From the IMG/VR virus record IMGVR_UViG_3300043464_001162, positions 1 to 64,000 of that record: a stretch of 64,000 bases of DNA. One strand, written 5' to 3'. Position 1 is the first letter of the stretch. Each line of letters opens with the position of its first letter. This document shows, one piece after another, positions 47,906-57,848 of the stretch. The position numbers and the translations under genes were made by a program. Under the pieces are notes generated by a model that saw only the letters and a list, made by a program, of their open reading frames with translations, ran no database searches and had not been told where the DNA came from. The DNA is from a virus. Taxonomy: Duplodnaviria; Caudoviricetes.

Positions 47906-48877
47906 ATGAAAATACTAATTACGGGTGGTGCTGGTTATTTAGGTTCGGTTATAACAAAAAGAATGTTAGACGAAGGACATGAAGTTATTGTTTTGGATAA
48001 GTTAATATTTAACCAAACATCTTTATTGGGATACACATACACTTCTAAGTTTCGATTTATCTATGGTGATGTTAGAAATGAATCACTATTAGAAAAATTA
48101 TGTAATGAAGTTGATGTAATAATTCCATTGGCTGCAATAGTAGGATTCCCTGCATGTTCTGCAGACCCAAAATTAGCAAAAGAAATTAATTTTCAACAAA
48201 TAGTAAACATAGTTAAATTTACAAACGGAAAAGGTAAAAAGATTTTATATCCAAATACAAATAGTGGATATGGTTTAGGTTTAGGACAAACGGAATGTAC
48301 CGAAGAATCTCCACTTACACCAATATCAGTTTATGGCCAAACCAAATGTGACGCTGAAAACTTTTTAAGAACCTCTACCGATGCAATTATTTTCAGATTA
48401 GCTACGGTATTTGGAGTATCTACAAGAATGAGGACGGATTTATTGGTAAATGACTTTGTTTATAAAGCAATAACGGACAAATATATCGTTGTATTTGAAA
48501 AGACTTTTAAAAGAAACTTTATACACATTAGAGATGTTGCATCTGTATTTTGTTTTATGTTAGAAAGATACGACAAATATAAAGGAGAAATTTTTAATAT
48601 AGGATTGAGTGATGCAAATCTTTCAAAACAAGAGTTATTAGAAAAAATACAAACTCATGTAAAAGATTTTGCAGTTTCTTATAACGATTATTACGAAGAC
48701 CCAGATAAAAGAGATTATGTAGTATCAAACGAAAAAGTAGAGTCAACAGGATGGAGACCACATATGGATTTAGACAAAGGTATTAAAGAACTTATAATGG
48801 CATATCAAATGATTGTACCTAAAATGGGTGCAGAATTTAGAAATGGTTTCCCGTTGGGTTACGCAAATCAAACATAA
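47906..48877 (+). CDS. NAD-dependent sugar epimerase/dehydratase (extended SDR)
   Basis: TGGAGYLG, LAAIVG, YGQTK (intact YxxxK) and RNFIHIRD motifs. Confidence 0.92.
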   Translation: MKILITGGAGYLGSVITKRMLDEGHEVIVLDKLIFNQTSLLGYTYTSKFRFIYGDVRNESLLEKLCNEVDVIIPLAAIVGFPACSADPKLAKEINFQQIVNIVKFTNGKGKKILYPNTNSGYGLGLGQTECTEESPLTPISVYGQTKCDAENFLRTSTDAIIFRLATVFGVSTRMRTDLLVNDFVYKAITDKYIVVFEKTFKRNFIHIRDVASVFCFMLERYDKYKGEIFNIGLSDANLSKQELLEKIQTHVKDFAVSYNDYYEDPDKRDYVVSNEKVESTGWRPHMDLDKGIKELIMAYQMIVPKMGAEFRNGFPLGYANQT

Positions 48878-48878
48878 T

Positions 48879-49424
48879 ATGAGTAATAAATGGGATGAGT
48901 TTCAAATTACTCCATCGAAAAAATTTGGTTATGAAGTACCAACATATACTCCATCAATTTATAGAGAATATAGAGGTGAAATATTTACAACCTTTCATTC
49001 GGAAGAACATCCTGTAATGACACAAATCCACTACGATAAAAGTGAGATTAGTATTCATGGTAGATTCTCAAAATCATACAAAGGTGTGTTAAGAGGATTA
49101 CATTGGGATAGTAAAACGTGGAAGTTAGTTCAAGCTGCAGTTGGTGACATTTATTTAGTCGTTTTAGATATGAGATTAAACTCACCAACATCAGGAGAGT
49201 GGGAAAGTTTTATTTTATCTGAAAGAAATAGAAATCAAGTATTAGTTCCACCAGGATTTGCAAATGGACACTACGCATTGACTGATTGTATGTTTCATTA
49301 TAACTTATTTTATAAAGATGGTTATGTGGATGCAGACGAGCAGGGTGTAGTCAAATGGAACGACCCGGAATATCAAATGGAATGGCCAACAAATAATCCA
49401 ATATTACAAAAAAGAGACAAATGA
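48879..49424 (+). CDS. rmlC: dTDP-4-dehydrorhamnose 3,5-epimerase family (cupin)
   Basis: RG.IF, SYKGVLRGLH, VVLDMR..SPT, VPPGFANG and WNDP motifs. ATG at 48879 is preferred. Confidence 0.85.
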   Translation: MSNKWDEFQITPSKKFGYEVPTYTPSIYREYRGEIFTTFHSEEHPVMTQIHYDKSEISIHGRFSKSYKGVLRGLHWDSKTWKLVQAAVGDIYLVVLDMRLNSPTSGEWESFILSERNRNQVLVPPGFANGHYALTDCMFHYNLFYKDGYVDADEQGVVKWNDPEYQMEWPTNNPILQKRDK

Positions 49425-50059
49425 TAAAAAATTTAGAACAATATCCAATAGTAAGAACGGAAAACAAAATTGGATGGACACCGGAAAAACTTATTAGATT
49501 TGAAAATAGAATAGTTGAACATTGGGAAGCTGGTAAAATAAGAGGCCCTATTCATTTATCAAACGGAAACGAAGAACAACTAATTGAAATATTCAAAAGA
49601 GTATCAGAAAACGATTGGGTATTTTCAACATGGCGTTCACATTATCATTGGTTATTAAAGGGTATTTCGTCCGATTATGCAGAGTCACTTATATTGGATG
49701 GTAAATCTATCACCTTATGTGATATAGATGATAAATTCTACTCATCTGCAATTGTGGGAGGTACTCTATCCATTGCATTAGGTGTTGCAATAGGAATTAA
49801 ACAAAAAGGTGGGGATGAAAAAGTGTTTGTATTCATTGGTGATATGTCATTTGAAAGTGGCATATTCTACGAAGTTCACAAATATGCAAGAAATTTTGAC
49901 TTACCAATTGTATTTGTAGTTGAAGATAATGCAGTATCAACTTATACACCAACAGAAGCAACTTGGAATAAAAAAAGAGAAATTCCATCCGATGTAATCC
50001 ATTACACTTATAAATCAAAGTATCCACATTACGGAAGTGGTAAGTGGGTAGTATTTTAG
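49421..50059 (+). CDS. ThDP-dependent E1 alpha-like subunit (short)
   Basis: IHLSNGNE, STWRSH, AIVGG and GDMSFESG...VVEDN ThDP-binding motif; only 212 aa. Confidence 0.85.
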   Translation: MIKNLEQYPIVRTENKIGWTPEKLIRFENRIVEHWEAGKIRGPIHLSNGNEEQLIEIFKRVSENDWVFSTWRSHYHWLLKGISSDYAESLILDGKSITLCDIDDKFYSSAIVGGTLSIALGVAIGIKQKGGDEKVFVFIGDMSFESGIFYEVHKYARNFDLPIVFVVEDNAVSTYTPTEATWNKKREIPSDVIHYTYKSKYPHYGSGKWVVF

Positions 50060-50060
50060 T

Positions 50061-51266
50061 ATGTTATATAATCCAACAAAAGATAATTTTGACAGATTTA
50101 TATCTGATTGGGATATAGAAACCGAGTATGTTTTATTTGGTGCAAGTAAAGAGTGCGTCCAATTCATTAGAAGTTTAGACTTACTAATGGGTGATAAAAA
50201 ATTAAAAATTAAATATATTGTAGACCATAATATAAAGGATACTACAACATTGGATAGTATAAATGAAATTAGTAAATTTTTCAGACAATCAAAAGATATT
50301 AAAACCAATAGAACGGATTTAAAATTAATTCATATTGATGACTTTGATGTAACTAAAAATGAACAAGTTATTATAACAACCGATGTTTATAGACAATTTT
50401 ATAAAGAGTATTTAGAAAAACATAATATTCAATATACTTGGTATAAAAATATAGCATCTATCTGGCCACTCAAATATGAAAACAAAGTTCACATATTTCA
50501 AACGGATGTATTGGTTACGGAAAAATGTACATTAGCATGTTCTCATTGTAATATGTTTATGCCACATTTTGTTTCACCAAACCATAGAGATTTAGAAATA
50601 ATAAAATCCGACATTGATTTATTTTTTAACAAAGTAGATTATGTTAGTGTATTTCATTTAGTAGGTGGTGAACCATTTTTATATCCACACATAGAAGATG
50701 TTATTCGTTATGTTCTTACAAATTATATAAGTAAAATTGACAAATTAATAATCACAACAAATGGTACAATAAAACCAAAACAAAGTATATTAGACTTATT
50801 AAAAAGTAATGATATTATTTTAAGTATTAGTGACTATACCGATAAATTAGAAAATATAAAATCAAAAGTTTCAAAAGTATTGGAAACTTATAAAACCGAA
50901 AATATAAATCATTATGTTCGAACTGAAATTGAATGGTATGATTTTGGTGATTTAAGAATTAAAAAGAATTTAGAAACGGATACGTTAATTAAGCACTTTG
51001 ATAGTTGTACGGCACCATTCAGAGGTTTGAACGATGGTAAGTTTTATTATTGTCATTTAAATACATCAGCGGTATTAACAAAATTATTTCCATTAAATGA
51101 TAATGATTATGTTGGTTTAAAAGATGTATCAAAAGAAGATTTAATTAAATTTGACTTAGGTTATACCGATTTAGGATATATTACATTTTGTGATAATTGT
51201 AATGGATGTAATACTGGAATAAAAGTACCAGTAAGTTATGAAAAACAAGGTTTAAGAGATTTATGA
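50061..51266 (+). CDS. Radical SAM protein with N-terminal Rossmann-like domain
   Basis: CTLACSHC, LVGGEPF and TTNGT; C-terminal C..C..CDNCNGC; N-terminal YVLFGAS. Confidence 0.85.
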   Translation: MLYNPTKDNFDRFISDWDIETEYVLFGASKECVQFIRSLDLLMGDKKLKIKYIVDHNIKDTTTLDSINEISKFFRQSKDIKTNRTDLKLIHIDDFDVTKNEQVIITTDVYRQFYKEYLEKHNIQYTWYKNIASIWPLKYENKVHIFQTDVLVTEKCTLACSHCNMFMPHFVSPNHRDLEIIKSDIDLFFNKVDYVSVFHLVGGEPFLYPHIEDVIRYVLTNYISKIDKLIITTNGTIKPKQSILDLLKSNDIILSISDYTDKLENIKSKVSKVLETYKTENINHYVRTEIEWYDFGDLRIKKNLETDTLIKHFDSCTAPFRGLNDGKFYYCHLNTSAVLTKLFPLNDNDYVGLKDVSKEDLIKFDLGYTDLGYITFCDNCNGCNTGIKVPVSYEKQGLRDL

Positions 51267-51700
51267 AAGTAATAATTGATATAGATAATACATTGTCAAT
51301 CGCCACCGATAGATTTAAATTATCTGAAAAAGAAAACGGAAAAACCGATTGGGATTTTGTCCATGCACCTGAAAATCTTATAAAAGACAAACCAAATTTA
51401 CCAATGATTGAATTGGCAAAAAATTATAAAGAAAATGGTTTTGAAGTTATCATACTAACAGGCAGACCAGAATCTACAAGAAAGGTAACAAAAGAGTGGT
51501 TACAAAAATACAATATACCATACGATAAATTATATATGAGAAGTTGGGAAGATAATTTTTTAAAAGCACCTGTTTTTAAAAGAAAAATATATGAAAATGA
51601 AATAAAAGAAAATGTATTTTGTGCATATGATGATGACCAACGAATAATAGATGTTTGGGTTGATTTAGGAATAACCAGTTTTAAAGTTTTTGTGATATAA
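51263..51700 (+). CDS. HAD phosphatase (T4 PNK 3'-phosphatase-like)
   Basis: DIDNTL, LTGRPE, LYMR, K and DDD motifs. Confidence 0.85.
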   Translation: MKVIIDIDNTLSIATDRFKLSEKENGKTDWDFVHAPENLIKDKPNLPMIELAKNYKENGFEVIILTGRPESTRKVTKEWLQKYNIPYDKLYMRSWEDNFLKAPVFKRKIYENEIKENVFCAYDDDQRIIDVWVDLGITSFKVFVI

Positions 51701-52692
51701 TGAAATCAATAGACCATTATACTAAATTATTATTAAAAGATAAAGCTTTACAAAACCCAAACTCATTTGAAGAATTGGGTTATATTTTTTTTGGGCCACT
51801 ACTATTCAATTTTTTTATTTGGTTAAAATTCGAAGTAAAAGGAAGTGACCTCATATTGTTTAATTCTAGAGAAGGGTATTTTTTAAAAGATATTTATGAA
51901 TTATTCAAAATAAAATATAACTTACCAACGGGAGTATATTTTAAAACATCTAGAAAGATATCGTCTATTGCATCACTTTTTACCAATGAAGATATTTACA
52001 AAACATTTGACTCACATAGATATTCAGGAATTTTATCAAATTTAATGAAAGATAGATTCGGAATAGAATGTGATAAAAATGATAATATAGATACTAAAAC
52101 AGAAATTCCAAATATAGATGAATATGTTGAATCGATTTTAAATAATGCAAAAAGAGTTAGAAATGACTACGGTAAGTATATAAATAATACAATAGTAAAT
52201 CATAATAATATAGTAATGATTGATAGTGGATATCAGGGTACAACACAATATAATTTACAAAAAGCCTTTGGTCTATATGTAAGTGGTAGATATATAAATT
52301 ACAAAGGAAATGAAAATTTATTAGATGTAGTTGGGTTATATGATTTTAATAAAACCAATTTTCAAAAAAACATAATATTCTTTGAATCCATTTTTACCGA
52401 TAAAGTTGGTTCATATATTGATATTGTAGATGGTAATTTTATAAACGAAAAAATAGATGAAGATAATCACCATTTTGAAGAAAAGATAAAAATTATAAAT
52501 GGTATAAAATTATTTATAAATGATATGTTTGTTGTTAATTTTGATGAAACATCCGTATCATACGAATACTCCGATTATCTTTTTGATTTAATGTGTAAAG
52601 ATGGTTTTATTAAAAATGAAAAGTTATTTGATATTTTTTTTCACGATAATTATTATGTAAGAGATAGTGTCAAAAAAATAGTAAGACAATAA
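51700..52692 (+). CDS. Protein resembling the C-terminal part of HAD-like hydrolases in polysaccharide loci
   Basis: LGY..FGPLL, FNSREGYFL, SRK and IDSGYQGTTQ motifs. Confidence 0.55.
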   Translation: MKSIDHYTKLLLKDKALQNPNSFEELGYIFFGPLLFNFFIWLKFEVKGSDLILFNSREGYFLKDIYELFKIKYNLPTGVYFKTSRKISSIASLFTNEDIYKTFDSHRYSGILSNLMKDRFGIECDKNDNIDTKTEIPNIDEYVESILNNAKRVRNDYGKYINNTIVNHNNIVMIDSGYQGTTQYNLQKAFGLYVSGRYINYKGNENLLDVVGLYDFNKTNFQKNIIFFESIFTDKVGSYIDIVDGNFINEKIDEDNHHFEEKIKIINGIKLFINDMFVVNFDETSVSYEYSDYLFDLMCKDGFIKNEKLFDIFFHDNYYVRDSVKKIVRQ

Positions 52693-52697
52693 TTGTT

Positions 52698-54089
52698 ATG
52701 GAAAATATGCAGGGTTCTAAATTTAAGTTTATTTATACGGATTGGTTTATCCATCATGGAGAAAGAAAACCATTTGGCAATGCTATTCATCCAGTTATTA
52801 GAGAATTTATTCAGCATATTCATAAGAATAATCTTAATATAGATTATTATAAAATATTACAATATAGTGAAAACGAAAAGGGCATAAAATTTGACCATTC
52901 GGAGTTAATAAATTATATTGATAGAAATTTTCCAAAAAATATAATATCATTAAATCAAATACAAGAAGATGATTTTACATACATCTATCCTATTGAAGTA
53001 AAAGACACATTGGGTGCAATTAATAATCATAATGGATTTGAATTAAATGGTGAAAAATATAAATGGTATTTAAGAGATATAATACCAACTGAAATATTAG
53101 ATGGTTGTAGAAGTGGTAAAATAAAAATTTTAATAAGCATAATTCACGACCCATTATACGATGATTATAATATAAAACAATTCGAAACACAAATGAATCA
53201 ATTGGGAATAGATGGTTCTAATATTATAATTTTAGGTGGAAGTAATTTTCAAGAATATTATGAAAAACATCCGGAAAGTAAAATAAAAATATATAATGGC
53301 CATCTTTTTATAAAAGGATATGCGGATATGATGTTATCATTTCCAACCATTGGTAATTTGGGATATATTTGTGAATTAGTGGATGCATCCGATTTGGATG
53401 AAAATGAAATCAGACCATATAAATTTTTGTGTAATAACAAAACAATGACAAAGGAACACAGAGTATCCATGGCCTATTTTGCAATAAAATATGATTTATT
53501 GAATGAGGGCAAATTTTCCTTTATACAAAAAACAAACAAAGATGATTTAATATCACATATATCAAAAATAATTCAAAATCCAAAAGAAGAATATATACAA
53601 AAAATAGTTGATATATTACCATATGAATTAGATACACATCACCTTTCACCAAATGAAAAAACTAATTTTGGTGCAACCAATAATATGAAAGATTGGTATA
53701 CTGATACTTACATAAATTTAGTTACTGAAACTTTCTTTGGTAGAAATGTATTTTTATCTGAAAAAATATTTAAACCACTTTCAAACTTGCAACCATTTAT
53801 TGTTTTGGGAGATTATAGAACTATTCATGAATTAAAAAGATTAGGATTTAAATCATTTGAACCATTTATAGATGAAAGCTACGATTTAGAAATAGACCCA
53901 AAAGAAAGAATAAAAAAGATTGAAATTGAAATTGAAAAATTAAAAAACAAATCAATTGAAGAAATACACAATTGGTATTATTCTATAAAAGATATATTAT
54001 TATACAATCAAAAACATATGTATTCATTTAAAAACTATGAATGTTTTGAAGAGATATTTGAAAAAATAAAATTAGATTACGAAAAATAA
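52698..54089 (+). CDS. Putative glycosyltransferase (GT10-like C-terminus), paralog 2
   Basis: HR...YINLVTET...FLSEKIFKP...QPFI...GFKSFEPFIDESYD motifs. Confidence 0.55.
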   Translation: MENMQGSKFKFIYTDWFIHHGERKPFGNAIHPVIREFIQHIHKNNLNIDYYKILQYSENEKGIKFDHSELINYIDRNFPKNIISLNQIQEDDFTYIYPIEVKDTLGAINNHNGFELNGEKYKWYLRDIIPTEILDGCRSGKIKILISIIHDPLYDDYNIKQFETQMNQLGIDGSNIIILGGSNFQEYYEKHPESKIKIYNGHLFIKGYADMMLSFPTIGNLGYICELVDASDLDENEIRPYKFLCNNKTMTKEHRVSMAYFAIKYDLLNEGKFSFIQKTNKDDLISHISKIIQNPKEEYIQKIVDILPYELDTHHLSPNEKTNFGATNNMKDWYTDTYINLVTETFFGRNVFLSEKIFKPLSNLQPFIVLGDYRTIHELKRLGFKSFEPFIDESYDLEIDPKERIKKIEIEIEKLKNKSIEEIHNWYYSIKDILLYNQKHMYSFKNYECFEEIFEKIKLDYEK

Positions 54090-54093
54090 AACT

Positions 54094-55092
54094 ATGGAAC
54101 TCACAGGAAAAAAAATTATTGTAACCGGAGCAAACGGACTAGTTGGTCTACCGGCAGTTAAAAAATGTTTAGAAGAAGGTGCTGCAAAAGTATATGCGGT
54201 AGACTTAAGATTTAGTGAAAATTTAAACTTTCTAAAAGGTCAATACCAAGATAGATTAGAATTAGTTAAGACGGATTTAACATATCTTTCTCATTGTGAA
54301 AATTTATTTACAATGGATAAGATTGATATCGTATTACACATAGCCGGAGTAAAAGGCTCACCCGCTAGGTCATCAACACAACCTGCAGATTATTTATTCC
54401 CAATGTTAATGTTTAATACAAATATGATTAAAGCATCTTTTGATGCTAAAGTTGATTGGTTTGTTTATCTTTCATCGGTTGGAGTTTATAAGCCGGCAGA
54501 AGTAATGAACGAAGAAGATACTTGGTCACAAGAAGAAACTTGGGCATCAACTCCATCTCGTTTAGATTGGCATCCGGGTTGGACAAAAAGAATGGGAGAA
54601 CTTACTTTGGATTCTTTAAGAGTTCAGTATGGTTGGAAAAACTATACCGTTATTAGACCTTCAAACATTTATGGTATCAATGATAACTTTGCACAAGACG
54701 CAACAGTAATCAGTTCTAATATTTGGAAATTATTCAATGTAGAAGGTGATGATATGGTGTGTTGGGGCAATGGTTCATCTCGTAGAGATTTTGTATTTGG
54801 TGATGATGTTGCACAAGCTTCAATAGATGTAGTTAAAAAAGAAGTTAGTGATATTATTAATTTTGGATGTGCAGAGGCAGTGACAATTAAAGAGACAATT
54901 GAAACTATTGTTGAATGTTATACCGAAATTACTGGTAAAACTAAAAATATTGTTTGGGATGAGAGTAAAACAAATGGTGACCCAATTAGATGTTTGGGTG
55001 CAAAAAAACAAAAAGAATATGGTATTCTTCCAAAAACTACATTAAAGGAGGGTATTAAACAATCTATTAAAGAATATAAAAGTAGATTATAA
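54094..55092 (+). CDS. Extended SDR epimerase/reductase (GDP-fucose synthase-like) with atypical active site
   Basis: TGANGLVG, RPSNIYG..DNF and WGNGSSRRDFV; PGWTK replaces YxxxK. Confidence 0.85.
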   Translation: MELTGKKIIVTGANGLVGLPAVKKCLEEGAAKVYAVDLRFSENLNFLKGQYQDRLELVKTDLTYLSHCENLFTMDKIDIVLHIAGVKGSPARSSTQPADYLFPMLMFNTNMIKASFDAKVDWFVYLSSVGVYKPAEVMNEEDTWSQEETWASTPSRLDWHPGWTKRMGELTLDSLRVQYGWKNYTVIRPSNIYGINDNFAQDATVISSNIWKLFNVEGDDMVCWGNGSSRRDFVFGDDVAQASIDVVKKEVSDIINFGCAEAVTIKETIETIVECYTEITGKTKNIVWDESKTNGDPIRCLGAKKQKEYGILPKTTLKEGIKQSIKEYKSRL

Positions 55093-55811
55093 TGAAATTA
55101 TTTACAATAGGATGTTCATTTACAGAAGGACAAGAATTGGAAAACATGAGAACGGAATGTTATGCACACCAGCTAGCAGAAAAATTAAATTTAGAATATT
55201 TTAATTTTGGAGCATGTGGTGCATCAAATGATTATATTTTTAGGAAAGTTTTTGAATTAATTAATTCAAATACATTACAAAGTGATGACATTATTATAAT
55301 TCAATGGACTCATTACAATAGAAAAGAATTACCTGTAATGTTTAATGATAAAGAATGGTATCATTATCTTCCAAATTCATTTCACGCCTATCAAGATAAA
55401 ACCATACTTAGACAAGGCAAAAATTTAAATGTTCAAAATCAATATATGAACCATGATTTGCATAACGATAGAATAGAACTTGAATCCAAAAATAAAAAAG
55501 CATTGGATGAATATATTGTTTCTTTTTTACAAGAAGAATACCAAAAAAATACTACTATAAATTATATAAATGCACTATACACTTACTTAGAACACTTTGG
55601 TTATAATCATTTACATTTTTTTGGTTGGGATAGATGTATAATTAATTCCGTTTATGATAATGGCCACTGCTTTTTAAATAAATCATTCGGTGGTTATACG
55701 GATACATTGTTAAATAATCATCCAGATAAAGAATCTCACAATAGATGGGCCCACCTATTATTTGAAAAACTAAATGAAATATACAAAAATAATTTAAAAA
55801 ATTTAATTTAA
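55092..55811 (+). CDS. SGNH-fold protein, paralog 2
   Basis: IGCSFTEG, NFGACGASNDYIFR, IQWT..R.E and NHP motifs. Confidence 0.6.
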   Translation: MKLFTIGCSFTEGQELENMRTECYAHQLAEKLNLEYFNFGACGASNDYIFRKVFELINSNTLQSDDIIIIQWTHYNRKELPVMFNDKEWYHYLPNSFHAYQDKTILRQGKNLNVQNQYMNHDLHNDRIELESKNKKALDEYIVSFLQEEYQKNTTINYINALYTYLEHFGYNHLHFFGWDRCIINSVYDNGHCFLNKSFGGYTDTLLNNHPDKESHNRWAHLLFEKLNEIYKNNLKNLI

Positions 55812-55812
55812 A

Positions 55813-56850
55813 ATGAAACATATAGTAGTATCGGGTTGTTCTTTTACAAACAATTTTAGAATCAACATAGGTGATGAAAGAAGATGGGAGAGAGACCCGA
55901 TTGAAGATTGGACGTGGGCAAATTGGTTGCAAGATTATTTAAAAGAAACACATATTTTACACAATTATGGAACGGTGACACATGATAATAAAAGTATTGT
56001 TCGTTCTATAATTTATAAAGTTTCAAACTTATTAAAAGAAGGTATATCACCTGAAGATATTATGGTAGTTGCACAATTTACCACATTGATAAGAAATTCA
56101 TTTTTTATAACTCCAGAAAAATATCATCCTGTAAATCCTGAAATTAGATATAGAAAAAATGACGAAAGTTGGGCACATACAACGGATTATCTAATCAATG
56201 GTAAAGATAAAAACTCACCCTACGAACATGGATACTTTCACCTAACGGGAGGATACAATAAAACAAATAATCCAATAAATGTAGACCCAGTAGTTTTTGA
56301 ATGGTTGGATGGTGTTATGACTTATACTGAAAGATATTTTGAGTGGTTTGAATATATTAATATGTTATTAAATTTTCTTCATGTAAATGGAATTACGAAA
56401 ATTAAATTCTTTAATATGAATAATAACTTCAGCAAAAAATATTTAAATGAAGGTAGAACCCCACCATATTATCATACACCCAAAGAAAAGTCTGTTTACG
56501 AATGTATTATAGAGAATAGAGATATTTGTGATACATGGGAACAAAAAGAACTGGAATTTGAAAACTCATATGTAAAATCGTATGCAGATAAAATAGACTT
56601 TAAAAAATATTTTTGGTTTTTTGAAGAAAATTCCTTACATTTATATGGTGGCATGATTGAATGGAGTATTAGAAATTTTGATTATAATATGGAAGGTAAT
56701 TTACCAAAAGTATTATGGAGAGAAATGAATGGTATGGATTTAGATGAACAAAAAAAATATTTAGAAAGAAGTTGGTATGGTCACACATCATCTATACTAA
56801 CGAAAAAATTTGTAGAAGATGTGGTATTAAATTGGGATATTTTAAAATAA
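55813..56850 (+). CDS. SGNH-fold protein, paralog 3
   Basis: SGCSFT, N..I.R, AQFT..R, GGMIEW (cf. GGIIEW in 40239) and C-terminal GH motifs. Confidence 0.5.
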   Translation: MKHIVVSGCSFTNNFRINIGDERRWERDPIEDWTWANWLQDYLKETHILHNYGTVTHDNKSIVRSIIYKVSNLLKEGISPEDIMVVAQFTTLIRNSFFITPEKYHPVNPEIRYRKNDESWAHTTDYLINGKDKNSPYEHGYFHLTGGYNKTNNPINVDPVVFEWLDGVMTYTERYFEWFEYINMLLNFLHVNGITKIKFFNMNNNFSKKYLNEGRTPPYYHTPKEKSVYECIIENRDICDTWEQKELEFENSYVKSYADKIDFKKYFWFFEENSLHLYGGMIEWSIRNFDYNMEGNLPKVLWREMNGMDLDEQKKYLERSWYGHTSSILTKKFVEDVVLNWDILK

Positions 56851-56855
56851 ATTAT

Positions 56856-57848
56856 ATGAAAAAAACAGACAAGGTTTTAGTTACAGGAGCAAGTGGATTT
56901 ATAGGTTCACACTTATTAAGGTTATTATATGAAAAAGGTTATAGAAACCTTCGTTCAACATCATTCAGTAGAGATTTGAGAAACGATTTCGAAGGAACAT
57001 CGGAAGTAGAACATATTAAAGGAGATTTACAAAATGCAGAGTTTTGTGAATTGATTAGTAAAGATGTTGATGTAGTATTCCATTGTGCAGCAAACACTTC
57101 AAACGCATTAGATACCAAATTCAATCCATTATTACACGTTACTCCGAATGTGGAGATGAATGTAAACTTAATGGAACAAAGTTGGAAAAACAAAGTTAGA
57201 AAGTTTTTATTCATATCATCTAACACAACTTACCCTGATATGGGAACTGAGTTTTGTACCGAAGATATCAACGTACACGCTACACCAATGTTGCCTGTTT
57301 ACAAAGCAGTTGGTGGTATGAAAAGATATGGTGAAATGTTATGTGATTTCTTTTCTAATCAGATTCACGAACCAATGCAATGTTTGATTGTTAGACCCTC
57401 AAACGCATTCGGCCCTAATGATAAATTTGATTTTGAAAAATGCCACGTTACTCCTGCAAATATCCGTAAGGTAGCAGATGGTTTAAATCCAATTCCAGTT
57501 TGGGGTGATGGTACGGAAGTAAGAGATTTGTTGCATGTTGAAGATATGGCAGATGGTTTCATCTTTGTAGCAGAAAATAACGATACATATGATATTTTCA
57601 ATGTATGTTATGGTGAAGGGTTTACAGTAAATGAAACACTTGCAACTATTAAAGAATTGGATAACAATACAAATCCAATTGAATATGTAAATAATAAAGC
57701 ACCAATGATTCCTATTAGATTGTTATCTTCTAAAAAGATTAATGATTTAGGATGGAAACCAAAGAGAAACTTAAAAGAAGCTTTAAAAGAAACTATTGAG
57801 TGGTATAAAGCAAATAAGCATTTATATAACCCAAATTCAAAGCCATAG
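56856..57848 (+). CDS. Extended SDR epimerase/reductase (GDP-fucose synthase-like) with atypical active site
   Basis: TGASGFIG, HCAA, RPSNAFGPNDKF and WGDGTEVRDLLHVED; VGGMK replaces YxxxK. ATG at 56856 is preferred. Confidence 0.88.
   Translation: MKKTDKVLVTGASGFIGSHLLRLLYEKGYRNLRSTSFSRDLRNDFEGTSEVEHIKGDLQNAEFCELISKDVDVVFHCAANTSNALDTKFNPLLHVTPNVEMNVNLMEQSWKNKVRKFLFISSNTTYPDMGTEFCTEDINVHATPMLPVYKAVGGMKRYGEMLCDFFSNQIHEPMQCLIVRPSNAFGPNDKFDFEKCHVTPANIRKVADGLNPIPVWGDGTEVRDLLHVEDMADGFIFVAENNDTYDIFNVCYGEGFTVNETLATIKELDNNTNPIEYVNNKAPMIPIRLLSSKKINDLGWKPKRNLKEALKETIEWYKANKHLYNPNSKP

Noticed and set aside
48813-56855. ORF-track starts at 48813 and 56772 (also 5458 and 156)
   Set aside because: The first three create long overlaps with upstream genes, and in-frame ATGs at 48879, 56856 and 5479 fit the family N-termini better. 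The 156 ORF is open to the window edge.
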